The notes: generated by a model not told the origin, from the letters alone. A DNA stretch of 64,000 bases from Takakia lepidozioides (GCA_030704615.1 CM060733.1:55180001-55244000); one strand, 5' to 3'. Positions 25,195 through 37,855 are shown, counted from the stretch's first letter. Numbers and translations are program-made.

Positions 25195-25480
25195 GTCGTT
25201 AACGCCATTCGATTCTCCTCATGAGATTTATGTACCTATGTGTTTGAAGAGAGAGCTGCACTTACTAAAAACTACACTGAATGTCGTTGCCGCCAATCAG
25301 TTGCACAATGTCATTACACAACACCGATCCGGCAGGTCGTTATCTTTTGTGATTGTCGTTAACGCCGTTCGCTATCGCTCTCGCTTTTGTTTGAATACGG
25401 CAGTCATGTGTAGATTGTGGAATTTTCACACCATTCATGGTGAGTTTCCTTGAGACAGAGTGATGTCGTTACCGCCATTC
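25195..25480 (+). repeat. Element A motif array: 4 copies of GTCGTT(A/G)(A/C)CGCC(A/G)(T/A)TC
   Basis: Copies at 25195, 25283, 25355 and 25465, separated by dissimilar spacers. Confidence 0.75.
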
Positions 25481-25541
25481 ACTATTTGCAAATCAAGTCA
25501 GAACTGAATGGCATCGTGCAGAAAACTGTCAAGCTACAGGA

Positions 25542-28500
25542 TCAGAGGGGAAAGCAGGAATTCCCCACATGTCCTAAACTCTCCTCCTCATCCCCCCATC
25601 TCTCCGAGCTCTGTGATGCATCAGTTCCACTATGCCTCTCAAAAATCCCGTCCTCTCCTTGGGGGACTGTCCACCTCACCTCCTGGGAATCTTCTGCGTC
25701 TTCTCCCCCACTTTCCTCAGCAGAATCCAACACAAATCTACGAGCCCGACGGGCTCTAATAGCTGCTGCCTCCTCCCTCATCTTCATTTTCTTGAGGCTT
25801 GCCTCGTCTAAAATCTGCTGTACACGACTACGTTCGGAACACCTCCTAATGGACACCGAAGCAAGCCGGGCAGCATAAGTAGGAAGGATGTACTCCCTTT
25901 CTGGACTAGGCATGAAATCCCCCCTGGCAAAAAAAGGCACGTTCCTCCTGCCCATGAACTCCGGTGTAGACGTCCCTCCGGCAGTACTTGGCATCCTACA
26001 GTAAGAACAAATCCACTTCAAGAATGTCAATACCAGCACAACCAGAAAGGGTTTTCAATGAAATAAGAGAGCGGAGGGAGGTGCCTCACAAAATCTGGAG
26101 GCAACTTACAATGCCACCACTCACTCGTAAACCGGGGGCTCCTCGGCCTCGATCCCAACTTCCTCCCCCTGCTCCTTCTCGGATTTTTCCTCATCCTCCG
26201 AGGATGCCTCTTCCTCTTTCGGCAGACGTTCAGCCGCTGCAAGTTCCGAGTTGTGGAGGGCAGTATCTGGCTCGAAGGCGAACACATGCCTGTCGGACAA
26301 CGTCCCTGCCCACATTGAAGCACCTGAGGAACAAAGCGGGCGGTTAATAGCTTGCGGCATGCAATTGCAATCGGGCCAGGGGACAAACTGAGCACGTGAA
26401 GGCTTACCCGTGCCCGTGAGGTCCAGAATCCGCCCTTGGACATCCGAGCACGTCTCCATGAGGGTTTGGATGAAAGCAGGGCGGGTCCGGCTGTACCGCC
26501 ACGGTTTGCCTGTCTTTGTGTCCTTCGGCATACTGGAGTGGGGCACATAGTTGTAGAGGACATCGTAGGTTACAGGGTCCACAGCGGCATCAACAAGACG
26601 ACCGTCGTTGCGGAATTTGAACGTAGACCCTCTCTTCACAAAGCAATATGCCTCAAACACCAATGTCTGCACATCCAACAAAGAAGGGATCAACTCCAGG
26701 GTCTACTTAACATACACCACAATATGAAGTGAATGCAATAGATTGATAACTTACACTTTGGCCCTCTGTTCGCAACCCCTGCGTACTGATGCAGAACCAT
26801 TTTCTGAGGAGGACCGGGGTGACACTTTTCGGTGTCCACCTTGCCACCGCATTCTCTGTGGTCTTCCCTCTCGTGGCAAGGACAACCACACATCCACCGT
26901 CATCCAGAAGCATCCCCGCCAGCCCAAACCCGGCTTTCCAGTAGTCCTCAGTAAACCTGTTCCAGGTGGGCACACCATCCAGGCCCTCCAGCAGCTCCCC
27001 ATCTGGAATGTCGAGGAGAATCATGTCGCAAGCTCTCTCCACCTCAACCCCCCCCCGAGTGCTCTTGCAATTCGTGCTCACAGCCGTGAAGAATTCCATC
27101 ATGGCTTCAAAACCAGGGGTGTCTTTAGGCTCTGTACCGCAGCCCTCTTCTTGGCTTTCCCCTTCTGCTCCGCAGAGACTTGTTGTGTGCCACCTTCTTC
27201 GCCCTGGCAGCGAGAGCGTCAAGGAAGCTCTCATTGACGCATTGGATGATGGTTGGAGGTTCTAGCTTTGGCCTGTGCGTAAACGTCACCGCCGAATACC
27301 GCCGTGTAGGCTCGCCCTCAAATGCCAACTTCTTGGCAGAGCCAGTCCCACTCCGAACTGACTTGGGAACCCGGACGACCGGTGACTGGGTAGGAGCAAC
27401 AGCAGTCGCAGGACCTTGAACAAAGTCGCGTCCGAGTCACTCTCTTGGGTCCCCTCCTGCGCCTCCTCCGATGCCCCGATGGTTTTCTTCTTTTTGGGTG
27501 TTACTGCAGTCACCTGTTTCCTTGTCCTTTTCCTTTGCCTTTACTCTTCTCATGCAATTTCTCCTGAATTCCTGCCTGAGCAAGCTCTGCCGCTTTCCTG
27601 GAGTTCGCAAGCGCTTTTGCCTCTTTTGCACCCAACGGAGGCAGCGGAGCCCGGTTTCGTCGGAATTCAGCATCCAGCTTCAATTGAAACTCGGATGGGT
27701 CGAGCGAGCCGGGCGGAAGGTCCACATACCAAGGGCAATCACGCAAATGTTCCAGATGCCACTCCTTCACAATATCGTCAGTGTACATGGAGTCAGCCCC
27801 AGGGTTCCTCCATGCCAGGAAGAATGGTGGCTCGAAAGACAGATGACCTTTCTCCAAAAGGGAGAACTTACAGTACCTGCATTCATGAAAAACACAATGA
27901 GGGAAAATGGCGTCCCTGAACGGCAATAGGGCCTAAATGGAAATGGCGCCGAATTTCCACTTCCAAGGGACTTAGCCCGAAAATGGCTAAGTCCCTGAAC
28001 GGCAATAGGGCCTAGAACTGGAAAACGGCGCCGAATTTCCAGTTCGGGCCAGCCACCCTAGGGACTTATGGCTAAGTCCCTACGGCAATAAACGGCGCCG
28101 AATTTCCAGTTCCGGGCCAGGGGACTTAGCCGAAAATGGCTAAGTCCCTGGACGGCAATAGGGCCTAGAACTGGAAAATGGCGCCGAATTTCCAGTTCCG
28201 GGCCAGCCACCCTAGGGACTTAGCCCGAAAATGGCTAAGTCCCTGGACGGCAATAGGGCCTAGAACTGGAAAAGCGCCGAATTTCCAGTTTAGGACTTAG
28301 CCGAAAATGGCTAAGTCCCTGACGGCAATAGGGCCTGGAACTGGAAATGGCGCCGAATTTCCACTTCGGGCCAGCCAAGGGACTTAGCCCGAAAATGGCT
28401 AAAACGGCAATAGGGCCTAACTGGAAAATGGCGCCGGGCCAGCCAGGGACTTAGCCCGAAAATGGCTAAGTCCCTGAACGGCAATAGGGCCTAGAACTGG

Positions 28501-31191
28501 AAAATGGCGCCGAATTTCCAGTTCCGGGCCAGCCAGTCTAGGGACTTAGCCATTTTCGGAGCCCTGACTGGAAATTCGGCGCCATTTTCCCTAACACCAC
28601 TTGAGGCCTCTAACATCCTGAAATGCCAGGACTTGAAAGAAAGGCAGCGCGTATCGTACCTGTACAGAAGGCGCATTGCTGCTTTGTCCGCGTTCGGCTG
28701 GTCGGTGAACTCGTGGCTCCGGCGAGCATCTGCTATCTCCGAAAGAATAGGTTGGTTTTGTAGAGCAGAAGTACCTCGTCACATAGTCACGTAGGCTCTC
28801 TGCTGCAGGAGATATCTCCATCTTGAACTGATGTGCTTGTGTGTCCAGCTGCTCTTGCGCATTCGTCGTCACCTGTGGAGATTGTCCATCAGATCGCTTT
28901 CCTCAAAAAAATACAATGAATCACCCCCTACTAGAGTAGAAGCCCCAAACGAAGCGTGGGGAAGTACCTGAAACCACCATGTCATGCGGTTCATCCACAT
29001 GTCGAATGTGGGGTCAGAGAGTTTGTCCGGTTTGGGGAAGCTCCACATGTCCCTGGTACTTTGGGAACCATTCCAGATTTGGAGCCACCGGGTCTGTCCA
29101 ACCACCCAGCATATTCGTAAGCGCCAAACACCACAAAAAGGAGTTGTTGCCACCACAATTTGGTTAAGAATGTATCACCTTTTCTGTTGCATCCACACAG
29201 GATGTGGCTAGACGATGGAGCTTCTCCAATGTCATCGTGGGCTTCAGAGCGCGAGAGTAGTGCTTCCCCACCTCCACCAGAAAGTCGGCACCAAGGGCGG
29301 GATCAGCTATGGCCACGTACTTTACCATCCGCGACTTGTACTTTATGCGGGCCCTCACCTCCGCAGCTTTGACATACGATTCGAGTTCCGGGAGGGTTGG
29401 ATTCTTCTCCTCTGACTCCATGTAGAACCTCCGCGCATGTGCCAAATCCTGCTGTATTTCGTCTGTCGAAAAGCGCACATAAGATTAGAGATCCTGCTCA
29501 ACACAATTTCTTCTATTGGGGGAGGAGAGACAAATTTAGCTCAACAAAACTGTCAGGAGCTTTACCGAAATATGTAGTCCACCATGGCGTCGACGCTCAG
29601 CCTATACCAGGTTCTGTCTGCCTTTGCCTCCGACTTGCGCAGGAGGTCGGCACTGAGGGAATTGGCAAACTCTTGCACCCCCTGCTTCCCGACATCCTTC
29701 ACTCGGAAGAGCATATGGGACAAGTTGGTGGCAATGAAGGCATTCTCAGTCACCCTGCAGTGCCACATTTCCATCAAACAATACTGAAATGGGAATTTTC
29801 ATCATATATGAGGATTCGCAATGAAATGACTTCCAAATTCAAAGTCCAAAAGCGAGAGGGGTTGTAGCTTACGAGTTGATGTCGGCCATTGCAGCTTTGA
29901 GAAGACTGCGATCTTTGGGCCCCGCAACCTTCAGCACAACACAATCGACGGCGAAATGCCAATCGAGATCGTTGGGGTGGGCTTGGGCAATGTGCTCCAT
30001 CCATGCCAGGAGGCGATGATTGCCGTCCCACACGTAGAACATCTTACGGACATGTGCTGGAAAAGAGGATCACTAGCAATCGATCTCTCGAACTCCTCAT
30101 TTCGCGTTTGCCAATGGGGACCCCATTTGTCCACCTCATCGGAAGTGTGGGCACGGGAAGCTCCGTGGTCGTTCTCAATGGAAACGTAAAAGGCGGCAGA
30201 CCCCATTCGATATCCATCCCGGAAAGAGAATTTCAGCTTGTCGATATCGCCTGGGAGGGCAGGTCTCACCACCTGCAATGACACCAAGCGGCAAAGGGGA
30301 ATTCGAAGCTTGGCCGGGTACACCATGCCCCCAGCACCCTGCCAATGTTGCTGTGGGTTGCCTCCAACATCTTGGCAGCGGCCAACTTCATATCCGCCTC
30401 AGACATGACGTCTGCTGCAGAGGGGTTTTCCGGCAGCCCACCAGGACCGCCAAATCCAGCCTGTATGCTCCGGGTTTGGGGCCTGGGGATGTCCGGGAGG
30501 AATGTCATCCTGGTCAGAAACTCCATGTCGTCCTCCTCAACAGGGTCAGCCACCTGCGAAACCACCTCCAGCACTCTCGTCGTCTCTACTGCCCTCTCCC
30601 TGGCTTCACCTCGAACTTGCACAATCGTGCTCTTTCAGGTGTTCTTTCCTCTCCTCCACTCTCCACCGTATGGGTAATTGCGGGGGCTGCTCTTGCCCGC
30701 GATGGTCTAACCGGTGTGCTACTGCCTCTCTGTGGTGTCTTGTAGGGATCCACCGTCTCTGTGTGTCCCTCGCTTACATTGGCATCTGTCATTTGGGCAC
30801 CCCTGGCCTCTTCAGCTGCCTTTTGTCTTTCCTCCTTGCTAGCATTCTGTCTCGTCTGTTCTTTTGCCCTCTCTTTTGCCCTCTCACGGGCTTTCTGTTT
30901 CTTACTAGGGCTAGCAACAGGGGAGCCCTCCAGGACGACCACCTTTGATTGAGGCGAACTGACACCCTCGCGCGCACTGCTCACTCCCCCCTCCGCAGCC
31001 CGTGACTGCTCTCTCGCCGGGGATTGCATGTGCTTAGCTTTCTTCTTTTTCTTTGCGTGGGCGGGCCCTACTGCATGTGCATGAACAACCTCCATTGCCG
31101 GATCTGCTGTCCTCATGTCCTCACGCCCTTCACCTGCCATGCCGCCTGCACCAACCTCCCCAATGCCTACTCTGTCGTAATCTCGTTGCAA
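25542..31191 (-). pseudogene. Element B: multi-exon ParB/Srx-domain + beta-class N4/N6 DNA methyltransferase-like fusion gene; frameshifted
   Basis: ParB-like LRIPLCRL...VRP...FYVWDGNHRL (about 30310-30010). MTase motif IV-like DMILLDIPD (27027-27001), then LLDDGGCVVV, KPWR...LMETCSD...RILDLTGTG|ASMWAG...RHVFAFEPD (motifs X/I/II). GT-AG introns at about 29872-29784, 29565-29494, 28595-27877, 26754-26703, 26407-26324 and 26124-25996. Confidence 0.78.
27900..28592. repeat. Element B intronic array: ~90-bp units carrying AAAATGGCGCCGAATTTCC and an AGGGACTTAGCC-GAAAAT-GGCTAAGTCCCT hairpin
   Basis: About 8-9 GGCGCC-centred sites, the last one inverted. The array lies within a predicted intron. 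Confidence 0.92.
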
Positions 31192-32089
31192 GTCCTCCCG
31201 TCCACCAACAAAAGTTTAAGTTTGCCCTCTCGCCCCAAGTTGGGCGATTCAAACATGCGATGAGTTGGAGCTGTCGATGATACCACCAGCGTGCCGGGCT
31301 CGTCGTCACTCTGTGATTGACAAAAATCGTGAACACCAACAGTGGTGCAAAAAGCAGCAGCGCAAACACCATAGCACAATCATGTAGCAAAATGAAAACA
31401 TAACAAGTTTAGGAAGTATGGAGAGCCATGCAACAACAATGAAAACAAATGCAACCATTGCCTAAGAATGACATGCACAAGCAGCCTTCTCCAGAGCTGC
31501 CGGATTTGCACACGCATTGCAAACAATCTAAGGTTCAGTCAACTATCTAAAGTTCACTCATAAAGCAAAGCCAGGATGAAGATGCAGAAACAAAGCGAGG
31601 TAACGAAGCGAAAGCAAAAAAGAAATCGAACAAACCGAAAGCAGAAGTGGCTTGCCTGAGAGTACTCGGCTTCAGTTGGCGCAGGTTGTGAGCAAGACAC
31701 TGGAATCTCCTGCTGGAGCTTCAGTTTGGCCATGCGAGAGATTGGCCGTCGTCCGTAGTACAGAGCTTTCAACTTCCGCCGCGGTCTGGATCTGAGGTCT
31801 CTCTCAGGAGAGCCACGCCCTTCAGGCGGCATAAGTCCCAGCCAAAAGATCTCCTTTTTTGGGGTACATGCCTGGAATACCATGTTAAGCCAAGTAGCGG
31901 TACGTGTCCAGGAAGCCATGCGTCGCCAGCCCGAATAATTCGGTCGATGAAGCCTCCATGTTAGCCCAGTCAGGCCATAGATTAGGCAACTTTTTGGCTT
32001 TTTTCCATTACGTAATCAAAATCCGTCTTCAGCCCGGCAGGTAATTCGGATATGGAAACGTTACGGCAGGTAAACTGATTAGTAAAATT

Positions 32090-33450
32090 CGAATTTCCAT
32101 CCGCGCCGGCAATAAATCCGGCTTTAATCAGCCCACGTTAGGCCGCGCGGATGGAAATCCGGCGCCGCCAGGCAGGTAATTCGGAGATGGAAATCCGGCG
32201 CCGAATTTCCATTTGCAGGTAATTCGGATCTGAATTTCCAAGGCAAAGTCCGCCAATGGAAATTTCCATCAGGCTTTGGGCGCCGAATTTCCATGGTGGC
32301 AGGTTCGGATGGCGCCGAATTTCCATCAGCGCTTATGGCGGCGCCGAAATTGGCAGGTAATTCGGAGATGGAAATCGGCGCCGAATCCGCCGCAGGTAAT
32401 TGCTCCTTTTCCATCCAGCAGGTAAACTTTCCACCATTCCGTTCCCTGGTGGAATTACGGAATTACCTTCGTGCAGGTAAATTTATGCAGGGATGTGTGC
32501 AGGTAATTCCCATCGATTGGTGCCCTGGAAATTACCTGCACGAAGGTAATTCCGAATTACCTGTAATTCCTGGTAAGCTCCTCGAATTCCATTGATTGCG
32601 AAATTCGAGTGCAGGATGGAAATTCGGCGCCGGGGCCGGCGTTCCAATTCGAATTACCTGCAGGATGGAAATCGGCGCCGGGAAACTAATTTCCATTTCG
32701 AATGCAGGATGGAAATTCGCGCCGGATTTTACCTGCTGGATGGAAATTCGGCGCGAATTTCCAATTTACCTGGATGGAAATTCGGCGCCGAATCTCCATC
32801 CGGGGGATGGTCTCTGTCGGAGAGGTGCCGCCTCTCCGCCGCTCTGTTGGATATTCGGTGCCGAATTTCCGTCCCGGGGTTGAAATATGACGGCCAGGTT
32901 CCGACCTCTCCCCCTCCCCGACTGCATTGGAACGGCCCCGAATTGAAATTCGGCGCCGTTTTCCCATCTGTGGAGGTTTTTATGTCGGCCAGTTTTCGGT
33001 CTGACCCCCCGACAAACTTCCTTTGGGGGGGCCCGGATGGAAATTCGGCGCCGAATCTCCGTCCAGGGGATGTTCTCTGTCGCACACTGGCCGGCCTCTG
33101 TGCCCCAGGCGACTTCATCCGGGCGTCCCCTGTTCGATATTCGGTGCCGAATTTCCGTCCGGGGGTTGAAATGTGACGGCCAACTGCAGGCCACTCCCCC
33201 CTCCCCGACTGCATCCGAACCGCCCCGGATGGAAATTCGGCGCCGTTTTTCCATCTGGGGATGTTTTTATGCCGTCCAGTTTTCGGCCTGACCCCCGACA
33301 CGACTCCCTTTGGGGGGACCGGATGGAAATTCGGCGCCGAATCTCCATCCAGGGGATGTTCTCTGTCGCACACTCCGGCCTCTGCCCGAGGCGACTTCAT
33401 CCGGGCTTCCTCTGTTGGATATTGGGTGCCGAATTTCCATTCGGGGGTAG
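32090..33450. repeat. Element B intergenic array of (AAATTC)GGCGCC(GAATTT) palindromes; mirror-symmetric block followed by ~270-bp tandem units
   Basis: Many copies of ATGGAAATTCGGCGCCG and GCAGGTAATTC, with orientation switching near 32450-32540. Longer units start near 32770, 33035 and 33320. Confidence 0.92.
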
Positions 33451-33742
33451 TAATGTGACGGCACGGTGCCGGCTTCTCCCCTTCAGCCGTCATCATCCGG
33501 ACGGCCCCCCACTTTCTGACTGCATACCGTTGGCAGTTATTGCGCAAAGACAGGGGCCGCATTCCGGAGACAAGGTTCATTAACACTCTGACTGTGGATT
33601 TTTGAGATAGTTGGCTCCCTGGATTTGGATCAGGCTTCGTCGCTCGGACAAATCGGCATCGCATTCATTCCCATCGCTGCACCCCCTTCTACCAGGGAGC
33701 TTCCCCGCACGCCATCCTGGCAGTCTTGTGTGCACATCTCCC

Positions 33743-36700
33743 ATGGCGGAAAACCCGAGCGCTACAGTGTACTGCCCTCCTCACGAGCATAGAGCTTCAT
33801 TTCCGTGCAGAGGGGACACCTGCCGGGTGATGGAGAAATATCTGTGCGTTCGATACCACCTGAAACCGGGGTCGGTTTTTTTGGAGGAGGAAAGGAAGGA
33901 CTCAAACGGCCTTGTTGTCGAGAGTATTGTTGTGCTCCACGATGATTTCGGCGATGGCAGGGAATGGCGAGTTCCACCATCGGACAGCGTCATATACAGG
34001 GCTGTTGGGGACTTCATTTGCCCGCCAAATGCACCGTCTATCCTGGCGCCTTCCACGAAACAATCCGCGAATCAGAGAGTGGGTACCTCAAAGAGAGAAG
34101 TCCGCAACGAAGTAAATCCAGAGCCGAACCCATCCATGAAGACGACCGAGAACCGGGGTTGTTCACAACCTGTCCGACTCAGACGAGGTCATGGAAGTTC
34201 CGAGGTCGTCCTGGAGATCAGGCAAGTCCTCAATGGACGTCAGTGGAGGAGGGAGTCATATTCCCAGCACGAGCACCGCAGTTCGATCTATTCTGAAATT
34301 CTGCGAGGGCTTCACCTGGAGGGACACCGGTCGGAGCTGGCCGGGCTGGACTACAGCAAGTTCGCAATTAAATCGGTTACATGCCTTCCCGCCGACGTCG
34401 ACGGTAATATCTTCTTTGAGTTCCCTCCTCGGGCGGACTACTCGAGGGCGTCCGGAATGTTGACAGATATGGATAGAAAACATGACGGTCATCCTTGGTG
34501 CGTTACCAAAACCACCAGCATGAAGATGCTTGATGGTGTGCGGGTGCGCTACGTTGTTTGTGCGGGCGCGTTGCGGTGTTTCTCCCCAACTTGCTTCCAC
34601 TTTAAATCCAGAGGTCACAGGAACGAGACCGATTGGACAGGCACAGCTCACCAACCATTTCGAGCTCAGGAGAAGGTTCCGAACTCCACATTTAAGTGTG
34701 CGCATTGCAAAGAACCACCACACTGCATGTCTGTTTGTAATGCCAAGCAGTTCTATGTGTTGCACCGTTTCCCTGACCTCACCCGAGCTTGCATACACGT
34801 TGGTTCCCATTGTCACAAATTGGCGAGGGGGAACTCGCGGGAGGCTGCCCACGAAGCAGAGCAGCTCGTTCAGGAGGAGGTTAAGTTGAGACCGGGTGCC
34901 AAACCCAAACAGATACAGCTCCAAGCCGCCCATAAGATGGCATTGGCCAGAATTATGTCGGAAGACGGCTCCGATAGAGTTCCTCTCGACGAGAAGGAAA
35001 TGGAGGCATTGCTGGAGTCGGTGTCCCACGTATGTTCACCGAATGTCCGAAACCACATTGTCTCATGCAAACAGAAAATTGGGCGTGGCTCGGATATGCA
35101 CTCCATTCTGGAGGTGAAGCGACGATGTGGATATGACTACATTCATGGAAGTAGGTTTCCAGGACAAGGGACTGAGGCAGATCGTTGTTTCGTATTCAAA
35201 ATGTCCACGTGTGGACCTGGCAGTGGCGTCGAACTGGTCGACAGGATGACGAGTGGGAACTTGTCAAACAGTTGGGTCATGTTCGACCATATCAAGCGAA
35301 TTACAAATCACCAGTGGGTGACAATGGGTGCACATGTCTACGACACCCACTGCAGGATGCTAATGACAATTGCTATTTGTGAGATGAAAGGAGAGGACAC
35401 ACAATCGGAGATGCTTCTTTGGCAGGGAATAAACGAACAGATGGCCAAGGCGGGATTGCCCCCTCCCAATTTCCGTGGTTTCATGGCGGACAACGCACAA
35501 GCAAATTGGGCTGCCATCCGAAGGGTGTACGGGCAAGACCCCAATGTTCCCATGGAAGGCAAGGAGAGATCTTGTGGGTTCCATTTTCTGCAGAGCCTTT
35601 CGCAGTACACAACCAGGCTCGTGGCGCCAGATTTCAGAGAGGAGCACCGTTCCATGTGCCTTGCGTGGAAGCGCGCTCCCACCTTGGATGATGCAGAGAC
35701 ACAGTTTGCATGCATACGGGCTTGGTGGACATCGTCAGGTGCTGTAAGGAAATCAGACGAAGGAGCAATGGTCAGTTGGCTAGCATGGTGGCATTATCGT
35801 TTCCTCCAGTTCGGCGACTATATGCGGGAGGTGAGTTGCACGAATTCGCGTCCCGTTGGATATTATTCTTGGCCATTTGTAACTTGCTTGTAACCTCAAC
35901 ATGTGCTTGTGCAGGAAATGTGTCTCGACTCCGACACCGACATGCCCACGACAAACATGGCCGAATCAGTGCACTCTTCCTGGCGTGCCTCCTCTGCGGC
36001 GCATCTGGTGGACATCCTCACTGCCACAACGGAGGACATTGTGAGGTCAATTATGCAGCAATGCAGGTACAACGAGTTCTTGAAAGGGAAACAGTGGGGC
36101 TTGGGGCCGGACAGGCAGGAAATGCTGATGCGGACTGCCTCCAGATCGAAGAATCCTCGGAAGTGGGCGGCGGCCTTGCGAGAGGGCCTTCGGGACACGC
36201 CATTGCTGCGAAGAGGCCAACATTTGGAAGGAGATGTTCATACCCGTCCAGTGAGACGAAGACTTGACGAGGCACCTGGCGGAGAAGAGGATTCATGGCG
36301 AGCTGACAAGAATATTCGCACGCTCCCTCGTGGTCCGGTGATGTTGTCCGAGGAGGTCTCGTCGAGCACCGAAGTCCTGCACGTTCAAGATCGCCATCTC
36401 CTTTGAGCACAGGGCGCGTGCCCCGGCAACATAACGAGCCATCTGTAGTAAAGCATACAACATTCCCATTGTGGAGACAAGAGTGTCGGAGTCACAGTGG
36501 AGAATTGCGAGGACATTGCCGGCATTTCGAGGGAAGTGTTGCGCCATCCGGGTGGATACGAGAGCACGCTGTGGTGAGATGATTCGGAGGAACCCACACG
36601 GTGCTGTACCTGCACCTTGTTTCAGCGGCAGATTTTTGACTCCCACATTTGCTCACGCCACAACGCAGACATTTTGGTTCTGTAGGCACGACATAATGAC

Positions 36701-37331
36701 CTGTGTATTTGGCAAGCCCAAGTACGGGATTCAGGGAATGCCGGAGCCTCCGGGCGTCTGGCCTGTTGCACCGGGTTGCAGCCTCTCTCAGAATGAGGCG
36801 GATGCTCTATCTGCAGCAGGATTTCGAATGGTGCAACGCACAGACATCCCGGCCCACGCATTTCCGGTTCCTCAGACCCAGCCATTGCAGACTGCTCGGT
36901 CCAGTAGAGACGGATTGGACAATTCTGCACATCCCACAATGCGATTCGGAAGAGTGAAGAGACGACACCCTCCCAACAAGTTGAATGAGACTCGGATTGC
37001 CAATGCTCTTGGGATGGCTTGCACTATTCAGAGCTCCGTGGACGTACCCCCACCCGGCCTTGGGCGTGTGTATCGGATGGCAACGGCCGGCTCGGCTGTA
37101 CGCGACGATGTATACACAATTACGATTGGAGTGGAGCCGACTTGCAACTGTACGGACTTCTCGTTGATGGAAGCAAAGAAGGGTTCGAAGTATTATCCGT
37201 GCAAGCATCTGTATTACATTTACCTGAAGAGGTTGAGGATGAACGTGACTATTGATGACTTTATTCATGCACCGGCGTTGAGCGTGAACGAGCTGCACAA
37301 ACTCCTCCTTAGGGATTCCAGAAATCATTGA
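33743..37331 (+). CDS. Element B transposase: GCM-like + MULE DDE + SWIM; nearly intact, with one frame break at about 36400-36470
   Basis: DRKHDGHPW...CAGALRC...HVGSHCH, FDHIK, GFMADNAQAN, RSCGFHF, TTNMAESVH and CNCTDF...CKHLY. Intron 35831-35913 is at the same protein position as in copy A. Confidence 0.88.
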
Positions 37332-37477
37332 TGGGGCAAACGGAATCCTCCATATGGATATTTTCAAATGCATTTTGCTGTATCAGACTTTTTTTTGCAG
37401 TGTAATGAAATGCACCCCAAAACTCCTGGAATGAGGCAATATTCCATTCAAACTGAGATCCAACAGAAGCATGGGGT

Positions 37478-37855
37478 GGAAAAATGGCGCCGAATTTCTC
37501 TTTTTGGGGCCGAAAAGCTAAGTCCCAACATGCACTGGTACCTGTGTTTGGGAAAAATGGCGCCGAATTTCTCTTTTTGGGGCCGAAAACTGGCTAAGTC
37601 CCAACATGCACTGGTAGAAAATGTTTGGCTAACCTGGTTGTCTGGAAAAATGGCGCCGAATTTCCCTTTTTGCCGAAAACTGGCTAAGTCCGAACATGCA
37701 CTGAAAAATGGCGCCGAATTACCTGTCATGAGGGGACCTATAGCCGCGGAATTCGGCACCATTTTTCGCCAGAGAGACCTATTGCCGCGAAATACGTCGC
37801 CGTTTTTTCAGGTTACGGACCCTATTACCGCGAAATTCGGCGCCATATTTGCACA
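37478..37855. repeat. Element B 3' array of AAAATGGCGCCGAATTT sites (4 forward, then 2 inverted)
   Basis: Same core and the same GGCTAAGTCC element as 27900-28592. Confidence 0.9.

Noticed and set aside
32124-33664. Numerous overlapping ORFs (MEIRRRISI..., GNSAPNF...)
   Set aside because: These are translations of GC-rich palindromic repeats, not genes.
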